Source of the DNA: Alphaproteobacteria bacterium
GTDB taxonomy: Bacteria; Pseudomonadota; Alphaproteobacteria; UBA828
NCBI GenBank assembly: GCA_965220745.1
Contig: CBDCQT010000013.1
Coordinates: 896,001-960,000 of the forward strand
Length of the DNA: 64,000 nucleotides
Direction: 5' to 3'
Part shown: piece after piece, positions 47,544 through 57,057 of the stretch
How the letters are laid out: each line of letters opens with the position of its first letter
Numbering within the stretch: the stretch's first letter is position 1
The notes under the pieces: model-generated
What the model saw: the letters and a program-made list of their open reading frames with translations, nothing else
What the model was told of the DNA's origin: nothing
Database searches by the model: none
Program-made: the position numbers and the translations under genes

Positions 47544-47990
47544 ATGGACGAGGGCAGGGCGGCCGTCCTCGGGGAGGGCGAGCGCGCCTTCCTGGAGGCG
47601 CAGCGGGTGGCCCGCCTCGCGACTGCCGATGTGGCCGGTGCACCCCATGTCGTGCCCGTTTGCTTCGCCATCCAAGGCGTCTCCGCCTATATCGCGATCG
47701 ACCGCAAGCCCAAGAGCGGTAGGCCGCTGAAGCGCCTCCGCAACATTGCGGAGAACATGAACGTCGTGCTGACTGCCGATCACTATGACGATGACGACTG
47801 GTCCCGGCTGCGCTGGGTCATGGTGCGCGGCCGGGCGGAGATACTGGAAAGCGGTGCGGAGCACGACGCGGCTCAAGCGCTTCTCCGCGCCAAATATCCG
47901 CAGTACCGCAAGATGGACCTGGCGCCGCTCCCCGTGATCGCGATTCGTATCGAGCGAGCGACGAGTTGGAGCGGGGCCGGCACGCGATGA
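47544..47990 (+). CDS. PPOX-class F420-dependent oxidoreductase (Rv0121/TIGR03668-like)
   Basis: ARLATAD..GAPHVVPVCFA, IDRKPK, LKRLRNIAEN, DHYDDDDWSRLRWV and LRAKYPQY. Confidence 0.88.
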   Translation: MDEGRAAVLGEGERAFLEAQRVARLATADVAGAPHVVPVCFAIQGVSAYIAIDRKPKSGRPLKRLRNIAENMNVVLTADHYDDDDWSRLRWVMVRGRAEILESGAEHDAAQALLRAKYPQYRKMDLAPLPVIAIRIERATSWSGAGTR

Positions 47991-48772
47991 CCGCACGGCC
48001 GGCGCGCCCTCGCGCGCTCTCATTGTTCGCGTTGCCGGGCATCCCCATGGTGCAGCCCGGCGACGATCTCGCGGCGCTGATCGCGGACGGCTTCGCGCGG
48101 GCCGGCGAAGCGGCGGCCGCAGGCGACGTGCTCGTTGTCGCCCAGAAAATCGTGTCCAAGAGCGAGGGGCGCTACGCCAATCTGGCGGAGGTGGTGCCCG
48201 GTGCCGAAGCGCGGGAGCTTGCCGCGCGCGCCGACAAGGACCCGCGCATGGTCGAGCTGATCCTGAGCGAGTCGCGGCGGGTGGTGCGTCATCGGCCTGG
48301 AGTCATCATCGTGGAGCACCGGCTGGGGTTCGTCATGGCGAACGCCGGGATCGACAACTCCAACGTGGAGCCGGCGGGCGCGGACGAGCGGGTTCTGCTG
48401 CTGCCCCGCGATCCCGACGGAAGTGCGCAACGTCTGCGCGAGGGGTTGCGGGACCGGCTCGGCACGGACTGCGCCGTGATCGTCAACGACAGCGTTGGCC
48501 GGGCCTGGCGCGTGGGCACCGTGGGCCTCGCGCTGGGCGCCGCCGGACTGCCCTCGCTGCTCGACCTCCGGGGGCGCGACGATCTCTTCGGCCGGCCGCT
48601 CGAGGTGACGCAGGTGGCGCTGGCGGACGAGCTCGCAGCCGCCGCCTCGCTGCTGCAGGGCGAGGCCGACGAAGGCATGCCCGTGGTGGTGGTGCGCGGG
48701 CTTGCCGCTGCGGGGCCGGGCAACGATGGCGCCGCGCTCATTCGCGACGAGGCCGATGACCTCTTCCGCTGA
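47987..48772 (+). CDS. cofE: Coenzyme F420-0:L-glutamate ligase
   Basis: PGIPMVQPGDDL, AQKIVSKSEG, MANAGIDNSN, LPRDPD.SA, DSVGRAWR, ADELAAAA and DLFR. Confidence 0.93.
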   Translation: MTARPARPRALSLFALPGIPMVQPGDDLAALIADGFARAGEAAAAGDVLVVAQKIVSKSEGRYANLAEVVPGAEARELAARADKDPRMVELILSESRRVVRHRPGVIIVEHRLGFVMANAGIDNSNVEPAGADERVLLLPRDPDGSAQRLREGLRDRLGTDCAVIVNDSVGRAWRVGTVGLALGAAGLPSLLDLRGRDDLFGRPLEVTQVALADELAAAASLLQGEADEGMPVVVVRGLAAAGPGNDGAALIRDEADDLFR

Positions 48773-49745
48773 CGCCAGCTACGTCGCGCTCTCCGGCGGG
48801 GTGGGCGGCGCCAAGCTCGCGCTCGGGCTCTGCGACGCGCTGGAGGATCCTGGTCGGCTCACGGTCGTCGCCAACACCGGCGACGACTTCGAGCAGCTGG
48901 GCCTCAAGGTCTGCCCTGACCTCGACACGCTCACCTACACCCTGGCCGGGCTCGCGAACCCGGAGACCGGCTGGGGGCGAGCGGGGGAGAGCGGCGCTTT
49001 CATGGAGGCGCTGGGCGCGCTTGGTGGCGAGACCTGGTTCTTCCTCGGCGACAAGGACCTCGCCATCCACGTCGAGCGCACCCGACGGCTGCGGGCGGGC
49101 GAGAGCCTGAGCGCGGCCACTGCGGCGCTGAGTGCGAGGCTGGGTATCCAGGCGCGCATCGTGCCCATGAGCGACGATCCGGTGCCGACCGTCGTCGAGA
49201 CCGAGGACGGCCCGCTCGCGTTCCAGCACTATTTCGTGCGGGAGCGGTGTAAACCGAAGGTGCTGGGATTTCGCCACGAAGGGGCGGAGCAGGCGCGGGC
49301 CTCGGCCGGCTTTCTGGATGCGCTGGCGGCGCCTGATCCCTGCGCCGTCATCATCTGCCCGTCGAACCCGTATATCAGCATCGACCCCATCCTGGCGCTG
49401 CCGGGCGTGCGCGCCGCGCTCACGGCCTGCGAGGCGCCGGTGATCGCGGTCTCGCCGATCATCGGCGGGCAGGCGGTCAAGGGACCCACGGCCAAGATGA
49501 TGGCGGAGCGCGGCATCGCGCCGAGCGCCGCCGCCATTGCCGAGCACTACGCCGGGCTGATCGACGGCTTCGTGCTCGACGAAGCCGACCGGGCCGAGGC
49601 GGCCGGAATCGCCGCGACCGGCGTGGCGGTCGAAGTCACGGCCACGATGATGACCGCGCGCAAGGAGAAGCAGGCCCTCGCCCGCGCGGTTCTCGCGTTC
49701 GCTGAGCGGCTCAGCGCGGCGGGCTACTCGAGCTCCACCGCGTAG
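48756..49745 (+). CDS. cofD: 2-phospho-L-lactate/phosphoenolpyruvate transferase
   Basis: LSGGVGGAK, NTGDDF, CPDLDT, WFFLGDKD, PMSDD, FQHYFV, PSNPYISIDPIL and KGPTAK. Confidence 0.94.
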   Translation: MTSSADASYVALSGGVGGAKLALGLCDALEDPGRLTVVANTGDDFEQLGLKVCPDLDTLTYTLAGLANPETGWGRAGESGAFMEALGALGGETWFFLGDKDLAIHVERTRRLRAGESLSAATAALSARLGIQARIVPMSDDPVPTVVETEDGPLAFQHYFVRERCKPKVLGFRHEGAEQARASAGFLDALAAPDPCAVIICPSNPYISIDPILALPGVRAALTACEAPVIAVSPIIGGQAVKGPTAKMMAERGIAPSAAAIAEHYAGLIDGFVLDEADRAEAAGIAATGVAVEVTATMMTARKEKQALARAVLAFAERLSAAGYSSSTA

Positions 49746-50683
49746 GCCGAAGCGGGCAGCGCCTCCGGGATCAGCCCCTGGGCCTGGAGAAAGACGGCGA
49801 AGCGCTCGTAGCGCGCGGTATCCAGTGCCGCCGGCCTGAGCGCGAAGCGCGGCAGCGTGTCGCGCCAGGCGCGCTTGTTGAGCTCGTCGTCGAGCTCCTC
49901 CCGGCCCTTCAGGAACAGCTGCCAGGACTCGTCCGGGTGGTTGATCAGGAACTGCACGCCGCGTTCCAGGGCATCGACGAAGCCACGAAGCGCGGGGTCG
50001 CCTTGCCGGCTGGTGTGGGCGACGACGATGAGCTCGTCGTAGGGCGGCACGCCCTCTTCCTCGATATAGAAGGCGCGTCCCGGATGCCCTTCGATGTCCA
50101 TCTGGTTGAGCTCGAAGTTGCGGTAGGCGCCGATCACGGCATCGACCTGGCCGGAGAGGATCGACGGCGAGAGCGAGAAGTTGACGTTGACCAGGGTCAC
50201 GTCGTCGATGCCGAGGCCGTGGCGTTCGAGCATGGCGCCGAGCAGCGCGTCCTCGAAGCCGCCGACCGAGTAGCCCACCGTGCGCCCCTTGAGGTCCGCA
50301 ATCGACTGGATCGGGCCGTCAGCCAGCACCAGCAGCGTGTTGAGCGGGGTGGCCACCAGCGTCGCGATCCGCACCAGCGGCAGCCCCTCTGCCACCTGGA
50401 GGTGAAGCTGCGGCTGGTAGGAAACCGCGAGGTCCGCCTTCTCGGCGGCGACCAGCTTGGGCGGGTCATTGGGATCGGCCGGCGCGATGAGCTCGACCTC
50501 CAGACCAGCGTCCGCGAAATAGCCCTTCTCAAGCGCCACGTAGAGCGGCGCGTGGTCGGGATTGACGAACCAGTCGAGCAGCACGGTCAGCTTCTCGGCC
50601 GCATCCGCCGGTTTCGGCGCGATCAGGGCCGCCGCCAGGCACAAGGCGGCGACTGTCATCAACGTCTTGGCCATACTCCGCAT
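49724..50683 (-). CDS. thiY: ABC substrate-binding protein, NMT1/THI5 (ThiY-like HMP-binding)
   Basis: Signal peptide, LDWFVNPDH, AVSYQPQL, GAYRNFE and PYDELI. Under a TPP riboswitch. Confidence 0.88.
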   Translation of the reverse strand: MRSMAKTLMTVAALCLAAALIAPKPADAAEKLTVLLDWFVNPDHAPLYVALEKGYFADAGLEVELIAPADPNDPPKLVAAEKADLAVSYQPQLHLQVAEGLPLVRIATLVATPLNTLLVLADGPIQSIADLKGRTVGYSVGGFEDALLGAMLERHGLGIDDVTLVNVNFSLSPSILSGQVDAVIGAYRNFELNQMDIEGHPGRAFYIEEEGVPPYDELIVVAHTSRQGDPALRGFVDALERGVQFLINHPDESWQLFLKGREELDDELNKRAWRDTLPRFALRPAALDTARYERFAVFLQAQGLIPEALPASAYAVELE

Positions 50684-50706
50684 GTGTCATCCTCCCGGTT
50701 GGTAAT

Positions 50707-51447
50707 TCAGGTGTCGGGCTGCCAATGAAGGGCCCGGCGCAGCACGTGGTCGATGATGAAGTAGATCGCCACCGCGAAGACCGCGAGGGTGAGCAGCGCG
50801 GCGAACATCAGGTCGATTTGCATGCGCGCGTTGGCGTGCAGCATGAGGAAGCCGAGGCCCGCGCTGGAGCCCACCCACTCGCCCACAACGGCGCCGATGG
50901 GGGCCACCGCCGCCGCGACGCGGACGCCCGAGGCCAGCGCGGGCAGCCCCGCCGGCACGCGAATGCGCCAGAGCGTCCGCCACGGGCTCGCGCCCATGGC
51001 GCGGGCGAGGTCGAGCCAGCCCGGCTCGGTACGCCGGAGGCCGTCGAAGAAGTTTGCGGCAACCGGAAAGTAGATAATCAGCGTCGCCATCGCGACCTTG
51101 GACGCGATGCCGTAGCCGAGCCAGAGCACGAGGATCGGCGCGAGCGCGAAGACCGGCACGGCCTGGGACGCCACCAGCACCGGCAGGAGCCAGAGCCGCG
51201 CCGGCCTGACGTACGTGAGCACCAGGGCGCTGATCACGCCCAGCAGAGTGCCGAGCACAAGGCCGAGCGCGATCTCCAGCAGGGTGGTCTGGGCGTGGCC
51301 CAGGATCAGACCGGCGTGCTCCCACCAGGTCACCCCGACCCGCGCAGGTCCAGGCAGGATGAAGTGAGGGGTGTCGGCCAGCCAGACGACCGCCTGCCAG
51401 ACCAGCACCAGAAGGCCGCAGATCGTCGTCAGCCTGAAGACGCGCAT
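50707..51447 (-). CDS. thiX: ABC transporter permease (ThiX-like)
   Basis: FILPGP, SQAVPVFALAP, EAA-like loop LARAMGAS and GAVVGEWVG. Confidence 0.87.
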   Translation of the reverse strand: MRVFRLTTICGLLVLVWQAVVWLADTPHFILPGPARVGVTWWEHAGLILGHAQTTLLEIALGLVLGTLLGVISALVLTYVRPARLWLLPVLVASQAVPVFALAPILVLWLGYGIASKVAMATLIIYFPVAANFFDGLRRTEPGWLDLARAMGASPWRTLWRIRVPAGLPALASGVRVAAAVAPIGAVVGEWVGSSAGLGFLMLHANARMQIDLMFAALLTLAVFAVAIYFIIDHVLRRALHWQPDT

Positions 51448-51462
51448 TACAAGCCCTGGCCA

Positions 51463-52230
51463 TCAGTGGGGCCGCGCGTCGGCGCCGGCATCGTCGGCCG
51501 CGGCGAGTCGTTCCAGCAGCGCGGCGTGCTGAGCCTGGAGGGTGCGATCGCCGGGCTTGCGGGGCGGCACCCCGTCGGGCGCGGAGGCGCGCTGCAGAGT
51601 CGCCGGGCGGCCAGCCATGACGTAGATTCGCTCGCCCAGCCGGAGCGCCTCCAGCGGATCGTGGGTCACCAGCAGCACCGTGCGCCCGGCGAGGAGGCCG
51701 GCGGCAAGCTCCTGCAAGCGCATCCGCGTGATCGCGTCGAGTGCGGAGAAGGGCTCGTCCATGAGCACGATGGGCCGGTCCTCCATCAGGGTGCGGGCGA
51801 GCGCGACCCGCTGGCGCATGCCGCCGGAGAGCGTGCGGGGCAGGGCATCGGCCTCGGCGCCGAGGCCCACGCGCTCCAGCATCGCGAGGGCGCGGGCCCG
51901 GTCGGGCTTCTCGCCACGCAGGCGTGCGCCGAGGGAGACGTTGCCGAGCGCGCTGAGCCAGGGCATGAGCAGGTCCTGCTGCGCCATGTAGGCGACCGGC
52001 GCGCCACCCAGGACGTCCAGGCTGCCGGACTCCAGCCGCTCCAGGCCCGCGATGACCCGGAGCAGGCTCGACTTGCCCACGCCGCTCGGCCCCAGCAGGC
52101 AGGTCCAGCGGCCCCGCTCCAGGTCGAGCTCCAGGCCGTCGAAGAGCAGCGTGCCCTCGAAGCCGAAGCGTGCGCCCTCGACCCGGACGGCGTGGTCCGA
52201 TTCGGATTGTGGGTGTTCCGGTGGGGGCAC
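51463..52230 (-). CDS. thiZ: ABC transporter ATP-binding protein (ThiZ-like)
   Basis: GPSGVGKSS, LSGGMRQR, LMDEPFSALD and VTHD. Confidence 0.87.
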   Translation of the reverse strand: MPPPEHPQSESDHAVRVEGARFGFEGTLLFDGLELDLERGRWTCLLGPSGVGKSSLLRVIAGLERLESGSLDVLGGAPVAYMAQQDLLMPWLSALGNVSLGARLRGEKPDRARALAMLERVGLGAEADALPRTLSGGMRQRVALARTLMEDRPIVLMDEPFSALDAITRMRLQELAAGLLAGRTVLLVTHDPLEALRLGERIYVMAGRPATLQRASAPDGVPPRKPGDRTLQAQHAALLERLAAADDAGADARPH

Positions 52231-52233
52231 GTC

Positions 52234-52330
52234 TCGTTTCCTACGCCGGTCCTAACCGGATCAGGTTCAAGGGGTCGTCGGGGTGGGTCCGACCTCTCAG
52301 CCGCGTACGGCTCCCCCAGAGCGGAACCGA
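52234..52330 (-). ncRNA. TPP riboswitch (THI element)
   Basis: Minus strand reads GGGGGAGCC...GGCTGAGAG...GACCCCTTGAACCTGATCCGGTTAGGACCGGCGTAGGAA, immediately upstream of the thiamine-precursor transporter. Confidence 0.95.
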
Positions 52331-52398
52331 TTGTGACGAAGCGACTGCCGCGTTGCAAGCGCGGTAGAGAGTTTCTTCATTTCCCTCAATCGCCGGGC

Positions 52399-52468
52399 GC
52401 TCGCTCCGCGAGCTTGGCTCCGCGCTTCGCGCGCGGCGCTATCGCGCCGTCCGGGCCTGCCGGCCCGG
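52399..52468. repeat. Array of four short GC-rich hairpins (REP/BIME-like palindromic element)
   Basis: GCTCGC-tcc-GCGAGC, CCGCGC-ttcgc-GCGCGG, CGGCGC-tatc-GCGCCG and CCGGGCC-tgcc-GGCCCGG. Only one copy seen in this window. Confidence 0.5.
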
Positions 52469-52541
52469 TCCCTCTGATGTGCTACATCTCGACTGTCGCT
52501 GGTTTAGGTGCGGCGGTGGAGCCGATTTTTGGGGGCAGGCG

Positions 52542-53309
52542 ATGGAATGGAGCGATACGGGCATCGTCCTTTCCGCTCGCCGCCACGGTGAGAACGCTGC
52601 CGTGGTCTCGCTGCTTACCGAGCATCACGGCCGCCACGCCGGGCTGGTTCACGGCGCTCGCGGACGCAGGGCGCGCGGGCTCTACGAGGCGGGGAACACG
52701 CTCTCGGCCCGCTGGCAGGCGCGCTTGGCCGAGCACCTCGGCCGCTACACCTGCGAGCTCGTGCGTGCGCGTGCGAGCCTGCTGCTGGACGATCCGCCGC
52801 GCCTCGCGGCGCTCGCCGCCGTCTGCGCGCTGACGGAGGCGACGTTGCCCGAGCGGCACCCGTATCCGCAGGTCTACGACGCCACCGGGCGCCTGCTCGA
52901 CAAGCTCGAAGCAAGCGAGCGCTGGGCCGAAGCGGTGGTCCATTGGGAGCTTGCGCTGCTCGCCGAGCTTGGCTTCGGTCTCGACCTCTCGGCCTGTGCG
53001 GCGACCGGGGCGGTCGAGGACCTGGCCTACGTCTCGCCCCGCAGCGGGCGGGCGGTGTCGCGTGAGGCCGCCGAGCCCTACGCGGAGAAGCTGCTCTCGC
53101 TGCCGACCTTCCTCGTGCGGCCGGAGGATGACGCCGCAGTCGCCGCCACCGATATTGTGGCCGGGCTCCGGTTAACAGGATGGTTCTTCGAGAAGCACGT
53201 GTTCGTGGGGCAGGGCGGCCGGATGCCCGCCGCCCGCGAGCGCTTCATCGACCGCATTCAGGCAAGCACGAAGCCGTCGCCCGCCGCGCCGATAGAGCAA
53301 GACCCTTAA
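52542..53309 (+). CDS. recO: DNA repair protein RecO
   Basis: [41 protein letters not shown] and [11 protein letters not shown]. Confidence 0.96.
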   Translation: MEWSDTGIVLSARRHGENAAVVSLLTEHHGRHAGLVHGARGRRARGLYEAGNTLSARWQARLAEHLGRYTCELVRARASLLLDDPPRLAALAAVCALTEATLPERHPYPQVYDATGRLLDKLEASERWAEAVVHWELALLAELGFGLDLSACAATGAVEDLAYVSPRSGRAVSREAAEPYAEKLLSLPTFLVRPEDDAAVAATDIVAGLRLTGWFFEKHVFVGQGGRMPAARERFIDRIQASTKPSPAAPIEQDP

Positions 53310-53340
53310 CCGGCGCGCCGCCTGTGCTATAGCGGCTGTC

Positions 53341-55575
53341 ATGGCGCGAATCGCAGGCGAGGCTGAAACGGAGGGCGCGGTCCACCCCGTGCCGCTCGGC
53401 GATGCGCTGAGCGAACGCTATCTCGCCTACGCGCTCTCCACCATCACCGCGCGCTCGCTGCCGGACGTGCGCGACGGGCTCAAGCCGGTCCAGCGCCGCC
53501 TCCTCTACGCCATGCGGGGGCTGAAGCTCGATCCCGACGCGGGCTTCAAGAAGTGCGCGCGGGTCGTGGGCGATGTGATCGGCAAGTATCACCCCCACGG
53601 CGATTCCGCGGTGTACGACGCCCTGGTGCGGCTCGCGCAGACCTTCGCCGCGCGCTACGCGCTGGTCGAGGGGCAGGGCAACTTCGGCAACGTCGATGGC
53701 GATAACGCCGCGGCCATGCGCTACACCGAGGCGCGGCTCACCGAAGTGGCGCAGGCGCTGCTCGACGGCCTCGATGAGGACGCGGTCGACTTCCGCGAGA
53801 CCTACGACGGCGGCGACAGCGAACCGGTGGTGCTGCCGGCGGCCTTCCCCAACCTGCTCGCGAACGGGGCGACGGGAATCGCCGTGGGCCTCGCCACCAG
53901 CATCCCGCCGCACAATGCCGGCGAGCTCTGCGACGCGCTCACCGCACTGCTCAGGGAACCCAAGCTTGCGGACGATGCCCTGGTGGCGCTCGTGCCGGGC
54001 CCGGATTTTCCGACGGGCGGCGTGCTGGTCGAGGACCGTGAGCAGATTGTCGACGCCTACGCGACAGGGCGCGGCGGCTTCCGGGTCCGCGCCCGCTGGG
54101 AGAAGGAGAGCATCGGCCGCGGCCAGTACCAGATCGTGGTCACCGAGATTCCCTATCAGGTGCAGAAGGCGCGCCTGATCGAGCGCATCGCCGAGCTTCT
54201 GCAGGCCCGCAAACTCGCCCTGCTGGCGGACGTGCGGGACGAATCGGCCGAAGACGTGCGCATCGTGCTGGAGCCCAAGAGCCGCACGGTCGAGGCCGAG
54301 CTGCTGATGGAGATGCTGTTCCGCCAGACAGAGCTGGAGACCCGCATCGGACTCAACATGAACGTGCTGGATGCGGCGGGTGTGCCCCGCGTGATGACAC
54401 TGAAGCAGGTGCTGCAGGCGTTTCTCGATCATCGACGCGAGGTCCTGCTGCGGCGCACCGCCCATCGGCTGGCGGCGATCGCCCACCGGCTCGACGTGCT
54501 CGGCGGCTATCTCGTGGCTTACCTCAACCTGGACGAAGTGATCCGCATCGTCCGCGAGGAGGACGAGCCGAAGTCCGCGCTCGTGGCCGCGTTCGGGATC
54601 AACGACGTGCAGGCCGACGCGATCCTCAACATGCGCCTGCGTGCGCTGCGACGCCTCGAGGAAGCGGCGATCAGGCGCGAGCACGAGGCGCTGGAGGCGG
54701 AGCGCGGCCGGCTCGAGAAGCTCGCGAACAGCACGCGCCGGCAGAAGACCGCGCTCGCCGCCGAGATCGCGGAGATCAAGACGCGCTTCGGGCAGGAGAC
54801 CGTGCTCGGCGCGCGGCGAACCGCCATCGGGGAGGCGCCGCTGCCGCAGGAAGTTCCGGTGGAGGCGCTGGTGGAGCGGGAGCCGATCACGGTGATCTGC
54901 TCGGCGAAGGGGTGGATCCGCGCGGTCAAGGGACATGCCGAGGCGGACACGACGGTGCGCTACAAGGATGGCGACCGCGAGCGCTTCCGCTTCCACGCCG
55001 AGACCACGGACAAGCTGCTGCTCTTCGCCACCAATGGGCGCTTCTACACGCTGGCGGCGGATCGGCTGCCCGGCGGCCGGGGCTTCGGCGAGCCGGTGCG
55101 CCTTATGATCGATCTCGGCAACGATCACGAGGCGGTTGCGCTCTTCGCCCACCGGCCCGGCCGGCGGCTATTGGTGGCGGCGAGCGATGGGCGCGGCTTC
55201 TTCGTCCCCGAGGACGACGTGGTGGCGCAGACCCGCACGGGGCGGCAGGTGCTCAACCCGGCGCAGGGGGCGGAGGCTGCGGTCTGTGTCGAGGCGGCCG
55301 GCGACTGGGTCGCGGTCGTCGGCACCAACCGGCGGCTGGTGATCTTCCCGGCTGCCGAGGTGCCGACCATGGCGCGCGGACGCGGCGTGATCCTGCAGCG
55401 CTACCGCGATGCCGCGCTCTCGGACGCGCAGGTGTTCGACGGCGCGGCGGGGCTGCGCTGGCGCTCGGGCACCGGCGTGCGCACCGAGACGGCGCTGGAG
55501 CAATGGCGCGGCAAGCGCGGCCAGGCGGGACGCGCGGCGCCACGCGGCTTCCCCGCTGCAAACCGTTTTCTCTAG
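53341..55575 (+). CDS. parC: DNA topoisomerase IV subunit A
   Basis: [24 protein letters not shown] and the catalytic Tyr in [10 protein letters not shown]. The CTD has no GyrA box, and the recO-parC order is typical of alphaproteobacteria. Confidence 0.95.
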   Translation: MARIAGEAETEGAVHPVPLGDALSERYLAYALSTITARSLPDVRDGLKPVQRRLLYAMRGLKLDPDAGFKKCARVVGDVIGKYHPHGDSAVYDALVRLAQTFAARYALVEGQGNFGNVDGDNAAAMRYTEARLTEVAQALLDGLDEDAVDFRETYDGGDSEPVVLPAAFPNLLANGATGIAVGLATSIPPHNAGELCDALTALLREPKLADDALVALVPGPDFPTGGVLVEDREQIVDAYATGRGGFRVRARWEKESIGRGQYQIVVTEIPYQVQKARLIERIAELLQARKLALLADVRDESAEDVRIVLEPKSRTVEAELLMEMLFRQTELETRIGLNMNVLDAAGVPRVMTLKQVLQAFLDHRREVLLRRTAHRLAAIAHRLDVLGGYLVAYLNLDEVIRIVREEDEPKSALVAAFGINDVQADAILNMRLRALRRLEEAAIRREHEALEAERGRLEKLANSTRRQKTALAAEIAEIKTRFGQETVLGARRTAIGEAPLPQEVPVEALVEREPITVICSAKGWIRAVKGHAEADTTVRYKDGDRERFRFHAETTDKLLLFATNGRFYTLAADRLPGGRGFGEPVRLMIDLGNDHEAVALFAHRPGRRLLVAASDGRGFFVPEDDVVAQTRTGRQVLNPAQGAEAAVCVEAAGDWVAVVGTNRRLVIFPAAEVPTMARGRGVILQRYRDAALSDAQVFDGAAGLRWRSGTGVRTETALEQWRGKRGQAGRAAPRGFPAANRFL

Positions 55576-55584
55576 GCGACATCT

Positions 55585-56338
55585 GTGAAGTACGAAAAGA
55601 CCCAACCCGGAAATCCGCATCAACTGACAATTAAACAGCATTGTTTTCCGAAGAAATCAATTGAGAGATTTTGCAACGAGAATGGTGTGGTCGAAGTTTA
55701 CTTGATCGACAAAAACAAAACCGTTCTCATGAAGCCTGACAACGAGATATTCTGCGCACGTAGGGTATGGGATCAGCGTGCGGAAGCGCTATTCATGCAG
55801 GGTATAGAAAATGCATATCAGGATGTTGTAAGCCAATTAGAAGTAGAGGATTGGTCTCGCCGGCTCGGCATTGAGGAAAACCAGACCGTTACAGATATGT
55901 ATTCGCTTTGGCATGTTCGCTGTTGCTGGAAAAATAAGTATCTAAACGATCAAGAATTGCCGGGAGCGCTGCCCGCACGACCGGGGTATTCTCAAGACGA
56001 TAGAGAGGCGCTGGAAAAGAGCAACATGGTGACCTCTATCGACCGTGGTGCAAGTGCCTTTCTGCCCGGTCGTCATATCGCCGGAACCTTGGTTCAAAAC
56101 GATTATGGTCGTGTCAGAAACGCCTTGCGAGGCTATTCGTGGGGAATAGTGCAGAGTGTGTGGAGAATTTATTGTCCCCGACAAAAGCAGTGCTGGACTT
56201 TGCCTGCCTGTTACACCGACGATATATTTTTCCGCTGGACAGGATAATCGTCGAGTCGTCATGAAGTCGGAATTACGCCACATGAATACAGCCCTTAGAT
56301 TAGGCAGTGAACAGTACTACTTTGGCAGAAAGTTGTGA
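55585..56338 (+). pseudogene. DUF4238-like hypothetical protein, apparently frameshifted near 56155-56162
   Basis: AT-rich. N-terminal KQHCFPKKSIERF (QHxxP) motif. After WGIVQS the family-like continuation GEFIVPD...LPVTPTIYF lies in the second ORF, 56156-56338. The junction is GAGTGTGTGGA. Confidence 0.6.
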
Positions 56339-56476
56339 GGTTTGTTTAATTCGGATATGACACCTTTCTGCAATGTAGAAGAAGTTGCAGTGGAGTTCTC
56401 AAAGAATAGTTGGGATCGACGCCTGCGAAACTCTTCATTCAGTACTGGACAGCCGTGTTCTCTGGTTGCAAGCGGG

Positions 56477-56647
56477 TCAGAGCGCCGCGTTCGCGCCTGC
56501 AATGAAGTCGGCCGCGTTCGCCGTCCCTACCGTCAGGAACAGAGCTGCCGCGAGACCGACACTCAACGCGAGAAGCAAGAGCCCGAGGCCGTACGAAACT
56601 CTGCGCCTGTTTCTTCGGTCATCGCTCTGAGTGTGCTGCCAAGGCAC
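56477..56647 (-). pseudogene. 56-aa ORF: signal peptide plus a truncated mature N-terminus (possible Sel1-repeat protein remnant)
   Basis: GTG-started (M)PWQHTQSDDRRNRRRVSYGLGLLLLALSVGLAAALFLTVGTANA-ADFIAGANAAL*. Too short to appear in the supplied ORF track. Confidence 0.4.
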
Positions 56648-57057
56648 CTTTGCCGATGCTATCGCTGCGCGTGCCGCGCAGGTGCCCTGCGTGCCTACGT
56701 TCCATAAAGGCCGGCTCCCGAGGCGGGCTTCGGCGAGAGCTGCCGCGACTGCTTCATTTTCTCCCGTGCAATCACCGGTCGGCAGCCAGTCAGGGCAACG
56801 AGCTACCCACCGTCAGTCGACAAGCGCGTGGTTCACCTGGTGCAACCGTGTCGAACGACGAGGGTTCCATAAGTTATGCCGAGATTCAATCGAATACGAT
56901 ATGCCAATATATCATAAAGCGCAGCGGTCAAGCTCATATGCACCGCGGGTCATGGCGCGGATTTTCGAGCGTCGCTCCACGCACCGACCCGAAACACGTC
57001 GTTATGAAAGCTGAGGTGCCCGCTGAACGGTGGGAGGGCGCGTCCTCTGACGGTGGT

